A stretch of 64,000 nt of DNA from Perkinsus chesapeaki ATCC PRA-425 (GCA_013115145.1 JAAPAO010000107.1:11953-75952); one strand, 5' to 3'; shown: positions 24,631 to 37,550, numbered from the stretch's first letter. Translations and numbers: made by a program. Notes: generated from the sequence alone by a model not told the origin.

Positions 24631-25647
24631 CTATCTTGATAACACCTTCTCCACAGCCGCGCCAGCATCAATCAATCCAAATGGAAGGGTAACTCTCGGA
24701 GTGAGTTGAATACCCTTCCTAGAGGTACTCTTGATGATTTGTTTGACTTCAACGGGAGACAGATTAGGGTTGAGACTGTAAAGCATTGCAGCCACACCCA
24801 CAACGATGGCAGATGCTGCTGAAGTCTTATAGGCGACACCATAGTGCATAACATCGTTGTTGTATGTAGTAAAAATTTTGTCACCTGGTGCAGCAATGTC
24901 CACGCAATCTCCAAAGTTCGAGAACCCTTCCAACTTCATTTCAGTCCTTTCTGTCGCAGCCACACATAACATTCCACGTAGTCGCTCAGTTAGAGCGCAT
25001 GGATATCTCTTATCTTCGGTGATATTAGTCGCATTATTTCCAGCGGTCACGATAACGAGCATTCCTGCTGCTATCGCTTGCTCAATCTTTTCTGCTAACT
25101 GTGGTAACGGTTCAGTGCCAGAAAAGGGCAAATGGATCACTTTAATATTACTTGCATCCTTCTTGTTAATGGCGTATTCTACCGCGTTGGCATAGACCCC
25201 ATCAGTCCATTGGTCTTCCATGGAGATCGGCATAATGTTAACAAGGTTCGTGACACCAGCAATACCGATAGAATTATTGGTAGTAGCGCCAAATATACCG
25301 GCCATCGACGTACCATGCCCATGCTTGTCAGGAGTATTGGTAGTTTTGTCAATGACATTATAACCCTTGACAAGACTTCCGACTAGGTCGGGATGGTCTG
25401 GTTTAACTCCGGTATCTAATGAGGCTACTGTAACTCTCTTCCGTGATGGGACCGATGCCATGCGCCTCCACGCTGACGGTATACCAACAAAATTAAAGTA
25501 TGGTTCCTGATCGTCGTAGAAGGGGTCGTTTACAGGGGGACCATTTTCGATACCGACTCCAACTCCCCGTGCTTGTCGAATAGCCACTATTGTGGAGAAG
25601 GGGTACACCAGGAAGAATAAGCGGGAGCGTAAATTTAGCCCATTCAT
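24631..25647 (-). CDS. Secreted subtilisin-like S8 protease (copy 1)
   Basis: Signal peptide, PVNDP, LDTG, HGHGT, TAGN, DIAAPG, KTSAASA. Likely start is MNGLNL at 25647; the ORF track starts at 25716. Confidence 0.9.
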   Translation of the reverse strand: MNGLNLRSRLFFLVYPFSTIVAIRQARGVGVGIENGPPVNDPFYDDQEPYFNFVGIPSAWRRMASVPSRKRVTVASLDTGVKPDHPDLVGSLVKGYNVIDKTTNTPDKHGHGTSMAGIFGATTNNSIGIAGVTNLVNIMPISMEDQWTDGVYANAVEYAINKKDASNIKVIHLPFSGTEPLPQLAEKIEQAIAAGMLVIVTAGNNATNITEDKRYPCALTERLRGMLCVAATERTEMKLEGFSNFGDCVDIAAPGDKIFTTYNNDVMHYGVAYKTSAASAIVVGVAAMLYSLNPNLSPVEVKQIIKSTSRKGIQLTPRVTLPFGLIDAGAAVEKVLSR

Positions 25648-25840
25648 GGCAACTAGAATTATGTGTAAATTATGCGAGTTATTATGAGGCCTTAGCCGTG
25701 ACGCTCCACGCGCCATGCTGTCTATTTGATCTATTTAAGCATAGCCCGTCCATTCCCCTGATGCTACTCTTTGATATCGTTTCATCCCATCCCTCGGAAA
25801 TAAACCCTAGACTATTGCGTTCGTCAACCCATGTCCTACA

Positions 25841-25870
25841 ATCTGGTAGCAGCTCCTTGCTATGGTCGAC
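25841..25870 (+). mobile_element. Orphan primer-binding-site/leader relic related to the LTR element at 53763
   Basis: 17-nt exact match atctggtagcagctcct to 53915-53931, preceded by TACA and followed by a similar tatg(g)tcgac. Confidence 0.45.
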
Positions 25871-27947
25871 GCTCCCTCACGATATACTTCACTATCTGCC
25901 CGGTTAGGTTGTACGCGCAGTTGAACGTATCGACAACGCAATAGTGTCTTTTATTCTTCTCAAGCAGTAACCGTATCCGGGCATCTTCCGGGCGGCATAG
26001 GGTGGGCGGGATAAACCGAGAGCACGGTGCAACTAGGGCGAGTCTCTCACGCAGATGACCGGCCCCTCTAGTAGACTTGTTGTAGGATTCTGCGCAGTCT
26101 ATGTGCATGTGTGCTATAATAATCTATAGCTAAGCGGCCGGCGCGGTTGGGTATCGCCTGCCCTTGGTGTGTTCTTGGTTATCACTCCTATCTCTAGCGT
26201 GAGCTAACTATCCCTCAAGGTCCCTCCTGTTGTGTTAACGAATCTGAGCCTCTAGTTCTACATCAACTAACTAGTTCACCGAACCCAATAACAGACTCTT
26301 CGAAACCGTAAGCGCATCACGTTCGCACAACACATAAAATCTCCTCAACGTATGCGCCAGAACCGCTAGAAACAATGGGCGAGTTGCGAGGACCGACGGA
26401 TCGCTAATGGAGGTAGAAGCAGAAAGCTTCGCCGACAACCCCCAACGTCGTAGTGATCCAACGGCGCGTCGCAACTCCCCATGTTTCGCTCAGTCGAGGG
26501 TAGCTCGGGTTGATGCTTAAAATATACGGCAAGCCTTGCCGGGCGAGGCAAGACTTAGTTCGCTGCTTTATTACGACTCGGCTACAGTTCAGCTGCGAGC
26601 AATGCTGGGTTTAGCGAATTACCGCAATTTAGTTGATAATCGTATTTTCCTCTTCCTGACATGGACCGAGTTATAATATATGGCTTTGCCGCGGTTCAGC
26701 GACGTTTTTTAGATTGCGGTGTAGGTTTTGATGGGCCAGGGGCCCTGGCCCAGGGCCATGGACCAAGGCCGTACTATTGTATAATCTGTACACGATGATT
26801 GTATGATCGATGAGGCGCCGTTCAGTAGCAACCGCTTTTCCCGTAGACTGAGGCTCGATCACGTGAGAAGTGGTTAGTCACTCAACTGCTTGGGAAGTAC
26901 TATTTCCATAACAGACGCATAGAGCAGCATCACCCTAAGAGAGGCTCGTATGGTACAGCTTATTCCTGGTAAAATGCGAATTTAGCGTTAGTGCTCTGTA
27001 GGACTTGTTTGGGTACAAGTTTACGCGCCGAATTTGATCGCCTGGGGATCATCGCCGATCTCCTCAGTTGAGTGTCATTGTTCTTTGAACGACGTCGAGA
27101 CCCACACATTTTTTCGTATGCTGTCCTCAGTAGTTGACATTAGACTTGCTTACCAGCTGGCTGGTGATATTAGAGCTTAGATACAATCGAGGTAATCGTT
27201 GAGATATTCTGCGGATTGGACATGTTTCAACAATGGGAAAATCCAAGAAGAGGAAATGATACGCTGTGGTGATACATTGCCTGCCTAAGAACATCTGAGC
27301 ACAACTCGCACGCTTGAAGAGGTGACATCATTTCATGGCAGAGGAGCTCGAAACGCCGGCAAGCGAGAATTCAAGCGATCGGACTGGAGCATCTTAACAC
27401 GGGATCAAATTCAGAATCTTGTCGGATTGGGGTAGGCAAAATGCTCCAACGCGTATGCTCGATGCGAAAGGCTATGAAGCTCTCAGCGGCACTCTCTGGG
27501 AAGCTTCTTCAGCAATATGAACAGCTTCCGCAGGTTTCTCAGGTACGATGCTAGTTTTTCAGTGTATGACGTACGACAGATAAGTTTCTGCATTGCTCCA
27601 TCATCAACGCCTAAGCCATCAATTCAAGAAGAACGGCGGATAAGTTTGGTTGACAGAGAGATAGTGCGCTTCCCTGCTCTGTCGCATACGAACTAGCTCC
27701 ACTGGAGTTAGGACACATGCCCTCGTAGGGAGCGCGAGTGACTTTCGCGTTCCCCTACGTTTCTAGGAATAACCACGGGGAGGTCTCTGAGCGCTATTCC
27801 CGTACTTCTTGATTAATTCTATACGGCCCTGAACTCGCTCCATGACTGGACCTACACGGAGGCTGGAAATATTCCCTCGCAGGAAGCCCGGCGAGCTCCG
27901 TGGGAGTGTCTAATCTCAACGTGTAGTCACCTTCGGAAACAGACCTT

Positions 27948-28426
27948 TTATCTCTGTGGTGGATGGCGTAGTCTACGCTGTCGCACAAGACTTGCTCAAA
28001 AATTTCAAGTTCCACAGCAATAGGCATGATGTTGACGAGGTCCATGACACCTGCAACACCGAGAGAGTTGTTAATAGTAGCACCAATAACACCAGACATT
28101 CTTGTACCATGTCCAAACTTGTCAGCGGTATTAGTGGTCTTAGTAACCATATTATAGCCCGGAATAAGATTGACCAGGTCGGGATGGTCTGGTCTAACTC
28201 CAGTATCGACCAGGGCTACAGTAACCTTACTTCTTTTCGCTGGGGCCGAAGCCATACGCTCCCACGCTGTCGGTACGCCAGTGAAACCGAGGTAATATTG
28301 CTGAAGATGATAAAGAGGGTCGTTCACAGGAAAGTCCTCTGCGAGATCGACCACATCTCGCCCGAACAGTCTAGAAGTTACTATTCTGCTGATGACGCAA
28401 ACGGCAGTGAGAAGGCGGTTACACAT
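27948..28426 (-). pseudogene. 3'-truncated subtilisin (copy 2)
   Basis: Signal peptide, PVNDP, DTG and HGT are present. Homology stops after DYAIHHRDK, so the oxyanion Asn and catalytic Ser are missing. Confidence 0.85.
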
Positions 28427-29472
28427 GTTTTGAACAAGGAACCAGCTATTTGGGTTTACACTACGTCTCGCTTGTCATGTGAGGGAGCCCCTGTGACGCT
28501 CCATTACTGGTGAAGGATCCATCGATAGGATGCTGTTTGCGATTTGCCTAAAAGAGTAGGATGTCTGTAGCTGTGCGCCACAAACACACCAATGCTGTTC
28601 TTGTTCAACCGGCATACCATGCCTGACAAGTCAGCTTATGTGGTACGGAAAATGTTTGTTGGTCGCGAAGTACGTTGCCACACGAGGTCACCTGCATTTA
28701 CGAAATTCGCTACTCCAGCGGCTGTTCACGTGGCTTTTTTTATAAATTTCAGTTCAAAGATCATCGATCGTGGTCATCCGATTTTGTTCATCCAAGAGGC
28801 TAGGATAAAGGCCAGAAAGCAAAGCCTTAGCGGCTCAACTACTTGACGGTGCATCTGCGTTGCGGAGGGTGAAGTCGCCGATATGGTATCATATGGAGCG
28901 TCTCCATGAATTCGGATTCCTCAGATACGTCGTATCACTCTACCGTGCATGCTTAACGCGATAGGAGGTCGGGTTTCTAGAGCATGAGAATCAGAGACTA
29001 AACGATCGTTGACGCAGGACGCGAGTTGTCTCACCGCTCTGTGAGCATAACAGAGGAGACTCCACGTGAGCCAGTCGTGGAGGACACGGGGACAGAACAG
29101 GCTCGACTGGTGACAGGACTACTGCTCAGTTAATGGTGGTAGGACAATGGACGAGTTTCCTATCACCAATGGTACACGAACAAGAGAGTATTTCTCACCA
29201 GCCTCGTGACAATCATCAAGTACTCTCCGAGACAATCATCTCCCGCTTCCGCGTTACCGACGGATCTGTCTAGTATCTGAGTGGCCAAAAGAGACATGCT
29301 AACACCAATAAAAGCAGTCAAAGCCACCAGCAGTACAGCAATCATTGAGATACGTTATGTAGTACTCTCTGTACATCGCGATTAACGATTGGAAACGGTC
29401 GCATGCCATTAGAACGAGTCCGCCGCTTGCACCCCCAAGACTTGGCGATAGGAAGTTGTTGGGGTTTCTGTG

Positions 29473-29780
29473 AGGCACAGTTGAGTTCATCCCACCCGAA
29501 GTTCTCTGAGCAGCCGTCCTCGATCCTAAGAGCGTTGCTTATCATGAACGATGTGACATGTGGTTACTCGGTATTGTTATCTATGCCTTGTGCTACAATC
29601 GGGTAAGATCTTGTTTCTCAAATGGGCCATTCGAAATGGCATCTAATGTATCTCGACGCAGCAAATCGCTGCCAGCAATACGGCTTCATAGTCTCGTAAT
29701 GAAATTATTGGCTTCAAGGTTTTTAGCTGAGCAAGGACAACGCTCTCAGTACCCTTCACGTGCCGGTATATAATGATCTA
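29473..29780 (+). pseudogene. Degenerate duplicated exon fragment of the IKS1-like kinase
   Basis: DNA aligns with 19337-19490. It translates GTVEFIPPEVL*AAVLDPKSVAYHERCDMWLLGIVIYALCYNR, with an in-frame TGA and the same gtaaga donor. Confidence 0.85.
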
Positions 29781-30272
29781 GGCATAATTCAGACTAGCCA
29801 AAGAGCTCCAACGTGCATGTTTGACACGACAGAAGGTAAGACTCTCAGCTCTACCACTTTAGGAAGACTTTCTACGAGAGAACCTCAAGATATAATGGTA
29901 TACAGCCTGTAAAATACAGGGCCAGTTGCAGTGGGACACTGACATAATAATAATCTCGTGGTCGTGGCCGCGACTCAATTCGATCGAGCTTGGTTATAAA
30001 AATTGACCTGAGCGACAACTCGGTAAGTTCGGACCGGGTCTTGCGGGCTATGGAACTTGTCGACGTTAGGTGTAGAGGCGATGACTAGAAAGAACACTAC
30101 ACTTGCAGTCTAACCGGAAACTAAAGCCCTTTACTATGTGGGCGAGCGTTCCACGGACAGCGCGATTGACGCATTATCATGTTGGCTTTTGCCGAAGATA
30201 AAAGAAATTCATCGAAGAGAATTATCAATGAAGATTTAAAAAGTGACTTCCCTCCAAATAGTAAAGATATGT

Positions 30273-31265
30273 TCATAACAGCTTCGCCACAGCCGCGTCG
30301 GCATAGACCAACCCGAATTCCAGTGGGATACCAGGAAAAAGCTTTATACCCTTTTTAGAGGTATCCTTGAGGAGTTCCTTCGCTTCAATAGGAGATAGAT
30401 TCGAGTTGATGCTGAAAAGGATTGCCGCAACACCAGCAACGATGGCAGATGCCGCTGAAGTTCCAGAAAACTCACCGTAAGGCTGACTCAGCAGAGTCGT
30501 TTTGATAGACTTACCAGGCGCAGCAATGTCAACATAATTTCCGTAGTTGGAGAAGGCCGCCAATGTCATGTCAGTGCTGTCTGTCGCAGCAACACATAAC
30601 ATTCCTGGCACCCGCCTAGTTAGAGAGCACGGATACCTTCGGGCTCTCGTGATATTCTCGGCATCATTCCCAGCGGTGACGATAACAAGTATCCCCGCCG
30701 CTACCGCTTCTTGGATCTTTTCCTCTACCTTCATTCTCAACACTAGGCCAGAAATAGGCATAAGGATTACTTTGATATTCATTGCATCCTTGTGGCGAAT
30801 GGCGTAATCAATGCTATCAGCTTCGGCCTTTTCATCGAAGTGTTTTTCCAAAGAAATGGGCATGATGTTGACAAGGTCTGCGACACTAGCAATACCGATA
30901 GAGTTATTGATAGTAGCACCGACGACACCCGCCATCATTGTACCGTGTCCACTCTTGTCAGATGTATCCGTAGTTTTCTTAATAACATTATAACCGGGAA
31001 CAACATTTCCAACTAGGTCAGGATGGTCTCGTTCAACTCCGCTATCGATAAGAGCTACCGTAACCTTCCTTCTTGCTACTGTGGCCGAAGCCATACGCTC
31101 CCACGCTGCCGGTACACCAGCTAATTTTAAGTAGGGTCTCTGTTGGCTGTATAAAGGGTCGTTTACAGGCAGATCATTTGCTTTACCGGCTACACTCCCT
31201 TCAGCCTGCCTTACAATTACCCCTGAACAGATGAGAGTCAGCACGGTGAGGAGTCGGTGGCACAT
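30273..31265 (-). CDS. Secreted subtilisin-like S8 protease (copy 3)
   Basis: 330 aa with signal peptide, DSG, GHGT, TAGN and GTSAASA. Confidence 0.92.
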   Translation of the reverse strand: MCHRLLTVLTLICSGVIVRQAEGSVAGKANDLPVNDPLYSQQRPYLKLAGVPAAWERMASATVARRKVTVALIDSGVERDHPDLVGNVVPGYNVIKKTTDTSDKSGHGTMMAGVVGATINNSIGIASVADLVNIMPISLEKHFDEKAEADSIDYAIRHKDAMNIKVILMPISGLVLRMKVEEKIQEAVAAGILVIVTAGNDAENITRARRYPCSLTRRVPGMLCVAATDSTDMTLAAFSNYGNYVDIAAPGKSIKTTLLSQPYGEFSGTSAASAIVAGVAAILFSINSNLSPIEAKELLKDTSKKGIKLFPGIPLEFGLVYADAAVAKLL

Positions 31266-32345
31266 AATCGAACGAGGAATCGTTTACCTGGTTTCACTGC
31301 GTCTCCCTTGTCCCATGATGGAGCTTCCTGTGGCGCTCCACCGTTGGCGGAGGCTCTATGAGTTGAATCCTACTATGATGCGGTACATTTGCTGGACGTC
31401 AGTTACTTGTGGCTTACGCGCACCCCACTGCGGTTCAAGTATAAGTTTTCGCGTCTTACACTGCTACTCAGCCTATCCTGCCGGCTGGAAAGTGTTTCGC
31501 AGTTGCAGACAGGAGGATCTTGCCACACGAAGTCACTCACATTGACGAAGTTCGCTACTCTCGAAGCTGGTCACCTGGCTTCATCATGTTTGTTCACAGA
31601 TCATCGATCGTGTTTGCCTCATTTTAGTGATTCACGGGGCTAAGAGGAACCTTATTCGAGAAGTCCTTGAGAGGCCGAGAGGCAAAGCCATAGTGGCTTA
31701 ACTGCTGTGTAGCTAAATTGGGGAAGGATCGCCCAAATGGTATCCTACGGAGGGTCTCTATGATGTTGGATACGCCGAGTTTTCTTAACATGCATTTTTA
31801 ACGCGATAAAGGGTAGTGTTCCAGGAGCACGAGAATCGTAGGTTGATCAAGCAAGTTGTGAGGACCATGACTAGAACGACCACGTTCTCTCGTCGCCTTA
31901 TGAGTATACCAAAGAAGGCTCCACGTGAGCCAGTCATGGAGCCTTATGGGGACAGGACAGGCTCGACTGGTGACAGGACTTCCATCCACTAAACGCCGGA
32001 AGGACAGCAAGTAATAGTTTTGTCTTCTTCTATATACACAGAGATGAGTGGTCACGTCCTAATGATGCAGATTGCTTCTGTCGAGGAGTTCTCGAAGCGA
32101 TCATCCCTCGATGGTCGGTTCTCGTTGCTTCGTTCTCTCTTTGAAGGTTGGTCCCTATGTTTCTACAGTACACATACACCGCAATATATATGTTAGCCTT
32201 TCACGTTTGCAACCGTTCTACTAAGAGTCCTTCCAATCTACACTTTGTGAGACTTCATGACTTGCCGAGCATTTAATTGATCATCCGAGCCTTATTTCTG
32301 AGTCAGTTGAGAAATTAAGGTTCCTCGAAGATTTATTCAATTTTT

Positions 32346-33366
32346 GTGGATGTGCCAGATTTCTTCAATCGCCCGCCTATGGACTTCCAAACGCAGCTCG
32401 CGCGCTTAAAGTCTATCCGAGAGGCCCTCGAGGCGCCGGAACGTAAAGCCTCTGCAGCTACCCGACTGGACCCTGCAGCATTATTACAGGAAGAATGGGA
32501 TCGTATTAAGGCTCTCCATCAACTTGGACTAGCGAAAGTGCTTGAAAACGCCTGTTCAACGCGAAAGGGGAGAGAACGCTTGGACCACGAAAGACATGAA
32601 TCAAACAAGGAAAATGCTGTGCCGCCGCTCTCTGAAGAGAGTATCCCAAAGAAGAGTCCTCTCCGCGAGCTAGTAGTGAATGCTCCGAGACTACCAGCAA
32701 AATGGGGGCAGGACAGGCCTCTCTCTTCCGAGCCAATGTGGCGAGACACCGACGACATTGTCCTGGACTCAGATGCCATGAGAATTCTCATACCTGCAGA
32801 GTATCATGTGGCAATTGGCGTGAATGAGTACAATGAATGCTTTAAAGATGTTAATGAGAGATGTGAGTTCACTAGCTGGCACACTACGATTTATTATGGG
32901 AGATAATTGCGTTGGTGTGGCGACGACCAGGAATGCTTCCATGTTTCAGTGAGACACATAGAAGAGAGGCTATTCGACGCTTCACGGAACCATGACGTGC
33001 ATAGCCCTTGGAAACAAGCGGGTCCCGGCACGACCTTACTATCTCAGGATGAGCGTACGGAACCAAATTCTAATTACTAGCTTCAGTGTCTCTGTGCAGA
33101 TAATGCCGATGAAGAAGCGCACAGTCATAGTCACCAATTGCCGGTTGAAGGTGCGAATGCACAGATACGGCAGAGTGTGCTCACTGAAGTATCGAAGACA
33201 TATGTTTCTATTGTATAGGTCTAAGGCTGATTCCGGCTTCTCAGGTATCGCCAGTTTCATCCATCAGATCGCCATCCTTGCTTCACCGCATGGGGGAGCT
33301 GGAGGCAGAGATGATAAACGCTCAGCACAGCCTCGAGCATTTGAGAAATCTGATTCCTTCGGATAA
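32346..33366 (+). CDS. Hypothetical protein, probably multi-exon
   Basis: 186-aa ORF with charged helical segments and a KEN motif, followed by further exon-like segments. No family recognised. Confidence 0.35.
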
Positions 33367-34800
33367 TGAGAAGGACTCGCAGGTTCACGAGGAGCTCGGA
33401 CAGGTCAGTTTTCATTAGGGAGCCTAGACTGGGTCTCACGTCATTGGCGAATACATGGGTTTCCATTGAGGGTGCTCCTAGGCACTCAGAAGCGGTATGC
33501 CTAGCGTTTCGGAAAATGCTTTCTGAAGGATAAGCGAGTGAGTCTGTGTGAGTTTATGCCCCATCGCCAATGGCTTGGTTAGACTGTTCATTCTCTATGC
33601 AACGGCCTCCGAGGTGTGAGCCGTTATCATATTGATGGTCCCGATTTGGGACTAACGATCGCCTTCTTCTCAGCATCTCAACATCGCTAGGGGAAGGCAT
33701 CGCGCAGAGCCACGTATTTACTCTGAGAGACTGCGCTATCGCTCAAGTACTGATACTGCTATACTCCGAGTTCCTTCTGACATGTCTGTAACACTACAGC
33801 GATTTCGAGCTCGCATAAGGCGCAAGAGAGCAAAATGAATGTGTAATCATCCTTATGGATGATTTTTGAACGTACAAGGTTGCTAATTGTTGCGTTCGCG
33901 GGCGAGAATGAGAATCCATGAGCTCTTTCTAGGGGCCTCCAAGTCTCTAGTACCAACTCACTGGTACTACCCCAAGGGAAGAATGGAAAGGAACTCCTTC
34001 TAGGCAGAACTCCCTCCGCGGCTGCTGTTCAGCCAGCGAGCTAGTAGACCTGAGGGCCTCTGGTACGGGCATGCCCAATCAGTTGAGACACACCGGGTCC
34101 AGGTCACCGACTCAATGCAGCTTGTGTATTAAGCCTAGGCATATGCAGGGAATTATTGGTGCTGCATGAAAGTATTGATCTCGGTGGAGTACTTACAGGC
34201 TGTAAATTCTCCAGCTAACCCTGTAGGTTACAGATTTGGTTCGAAGTTGAACTATGCATATACGCTCACAAGTTGGTATCTGCGCAATCGCGTATGAACA
34301 AGGCGTAACAACAGTGTGCTGGAAGATAGTCATTTTAGTCCTACTGCGGAACCTTGAGAACGTTTCTTTGAAAAGGCAGCACGAAATCGTGTTTATTCGC
34401 AATTGACATGTCCAGTCTGCATGGAGCTAGGTCATAAGTACGGATTATGGTTCGTCGTGGAATCAATTGAGGATTCCTCATCGAAGAGCGGCCCACTTAG
34501 TTCCACCACTTAGGGCTTATTACGGTTAGACTCTTTCAATGGTAGCCGGCCCGGTGGATCCCCTAGAAGTGCATGGGCTGCCGCAGTGGGCCTGGAACAA
34601 CCTCAATGAGGCCTTGGATACTCTCGGGAGCAAAGTGAGGAGATATTTCTCAACTCGCATGGCGCAACTTTTTCGTAGGAAGAAGACGCTCATCTCTCGC
34701 CGATAATGTTTTCCATCCGTACTCGCCTCATTGAATGTGACACAAAGACTCAAGTACAGATCGGCCAGAGTATTAGTCATCCAACGGTGAGCTGCAGTAG

Positions 34801-37550
34801 CCCGTCCGGCCCCGCTGTTCCACTTCCCGAGGAACGTACAAAAAGTACGCACGTATTGGAGTAGAAAAATTAGCTCTGGCTCGACGCTCAGCACCGAGCT
34901 TGTCCTTGAAAGATGTCCTTATTGTGGTGGCATGCAGTCTACCATTTTATCTATCGATCATATGCCCGGAGTGGTACATAGATGAGCTCTTCGCCATTAC
35001 CAGGAATGAGGTTCGTGAAATACGTTAGGCAAATGGCCAATCCCATCACAGGACGCCCGAGGCGAGACGCCGATTCTAGAAATACTTCAGCACGACTTCT
35101 GGGGCAATCATATGTGGTCAGAAGGTCACTGGACCCACAAAAGCTATAGACCGATCGTCACAATATCTTACTGGTAATCAACTTATGCTAGGTTCAGTTC
35201 TGGGCCAGAACTTCTGGCTCCTCGGTTTAGGTTGCAGTATTGGTTTAATGGATACCTCATCAAGCCTCAGCCGTTGCGTGTATTCTCTTGTCTACTCAAC
35301 ACGACCACTGCGCTGCTGCTCGCCCTTGTTCTCTGCAGAGTGTATAATGTGAAAGGCAGAATAGCAGCAGTCTGCGCTGGTATCTTTGCTGCTCACCCGA
35401 TTCATACGGTAACGATTCTACCTCGGTAGAAGATTATCCATTTTTCGCGTCAGGAGAACGTCGTCTACCTTGTTGGTCGTGCTGATATTTTCGCTACAGC
35501 TTTTTGGCTTATTGCTGTGCTCGTTCATTTCGAGGTAGCCCTGCTCGTACTACGCTTACTCAAGTGGAGCTTTCAGTTGACCGAACGCCGTTTTTCCTCC
35601 TTCCCTTCAAAAGCAACAATGCCTCTGTTCGCTCTAATTATCTTACTTGCATGCCTCAGTGGATTTAGGTGAGTCCCTTGGGAGCCGCGGCGAATTCGCC
35701 ATGCTACTGAGACCGCGAACCTATGAGTGTTTTTGACAGCAAGGAGCCCGGTTTCACGGTCCTTGTCTTCCTAGCGCTCACGCAAGTATTGAAGCGACAG
35801 GGGTAAGCAGTTGTGGACGGAATGTCCGATGGGCACCTTTCATCGAGATTCCTGCCAGACCATCTCGGTGGAAGCTAGCTGCTTGCCTGCTCGCATCCTT
35901 CGGGGTTATTTTCAAGTTTAGATCATGGCTGGTCGGCGGCACGAAGGTCAGCTCAGTTACGACTCAGGGTTTGGCAGTAAACGGTCTCGTCAGGTCGACT
36001 TTTCCTATGTCGATACCCCCATACCGTATCAGTCTGACATCTCGACCCGCACACTATCATACCTCCACGTTCACGCAGTCTATGCCCAGCTAATCCTTTT
36101 ACCCATCAATCAATCCTGGGACTACAGCTACAATGCTATCCCCGTCGTAAGTGGCCTTCCTTCAATAGAGCCGTCAGACCGAGGGTTTGTTCAGATTAAA
36201 TCACTAGAGGACTATCGTGTACTCGGTATTTTGGCTTGCTATACTGCCCTTCTTTGCCTGGGGAACTCGGCCATCCGCAAAGTAAATGTAACGCTCCCGG
36301 ACTACACCGCAAACGTACTTCAGAGCAGGTACGCGAATCTGATGATCCTCGTCCGCTGCTCTCCATAGCAGCTGTCCTTTTCCCATTCGTTCCTGCTTCC
36401 AACCTGTTCTTCGTTGTTGGTACGGTTGTAGGAGAGCGCCTATTGTGAGTTCACTTGGTGAGACAGGCACGTTAGGAGAATTTCCTTTCGAGGTATATTT
36501 CGACGATCGGCTTAAGTATCGGTCTCGCAACCACTGTGCGATCAACCGACAGTAAAGGTGAACACGACTACTTTCTGGCTCGTCATGTCCACCATTCAGT
36601 TCCAAGAAGACTTAAACTGTTACTCTTCGCATATATTGGCTTGTCCATCCGTCGCACACGCCACTGGGGATCTCGGGTTTCCTTATTCGGGCAGGACGCT
36701 GTGAATTGGCCTCGCAGCGCGAAGACTCTGCATCAGTTCGCGACCACATTGCACAGGTGCACTCCTGGCGCTGCCTAAAACGAGTATCATTTGTGCCAGG
36801 GCCGATCATTTGGAGGAAGCTCGGGAGCTCTATCTCGCTTCGCTATCAATATTTGATGATAACGCCCTTACTGACTACTGCATAGCTCAGATTGATATTG
36901 AGACTAATCGGTTCAATGAGGTTTGTTCCAGAAATGAGCTCCAGCGGAAGCTTGCCACAGGCACATGATCGTTTCCTGAAAATTCTTGCGGGCCATGGAA
37001 TAGGTTTCGGTAGCTTCAACAGGTTCCTGATCATGGTGGACTTTGGATTCACTTTGACAGCAATGCGCAAGTACCACAGTAGGCCTTGTCACCGGCTGTA
37101 AACTCATAAGAGCAGATACGATGAAGCAGTTCCCGTTCTGAAAGAAGGCCTGACGCTGAATGAAGACGTGCCTCATGCCCTCAACGCACTGGGAATATGT
37201 TATCTCCAACTGGGCGACATAGCGAAGGGCGTCGAGGCATTTCGGCGTGGTATCCATTACGACCCTGAAAATCCCTGGCTGTGGAGCAACTTAGCAGCAG
37301 CGCTGCTCATCGGTGACAGCTAGTTACAGAAAGGTGTGTGACGAGGCTCCTCACAGGTGAAGGCGCTGATTCGGCTGGTGAAGCTCAGAGATGCGCGGCT
37401 TTCGCTGTTGAGAAGTCAACAGAAGCTATGGGATTTATTCATCCCAAGTTTACTTTGAATTACGAGCTAGCCACGGCGAAGGTCGAAAGCATGATAGATA
37501 TATCTGATTCCCAGCCTCAGCTGGAATTCTTCTTTCATAGACTATTGTAA
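34801..37550 (+). CDS. TMTC-family protein O-mannosyltransferase (TM plus TPR repeats), multi-exon; 5' end uncertain
   Basis: Exons give YIDELFAITRN, HDFWG...HKSYRP, FAAHPIHTE, VGRAD, KEPG, SWDYS, PFVPASNLFFVVGTVVGERLLY and C-terminal TPRs (ALNALGICY, LWSNLAAAL). Confidence 0.85.

Noticed and set aside
26732-26752. Perfect GC palindrome tgggccaggg-g-ccctggccca
   Set aside because: Isolated, with no associated feature; may be chance.
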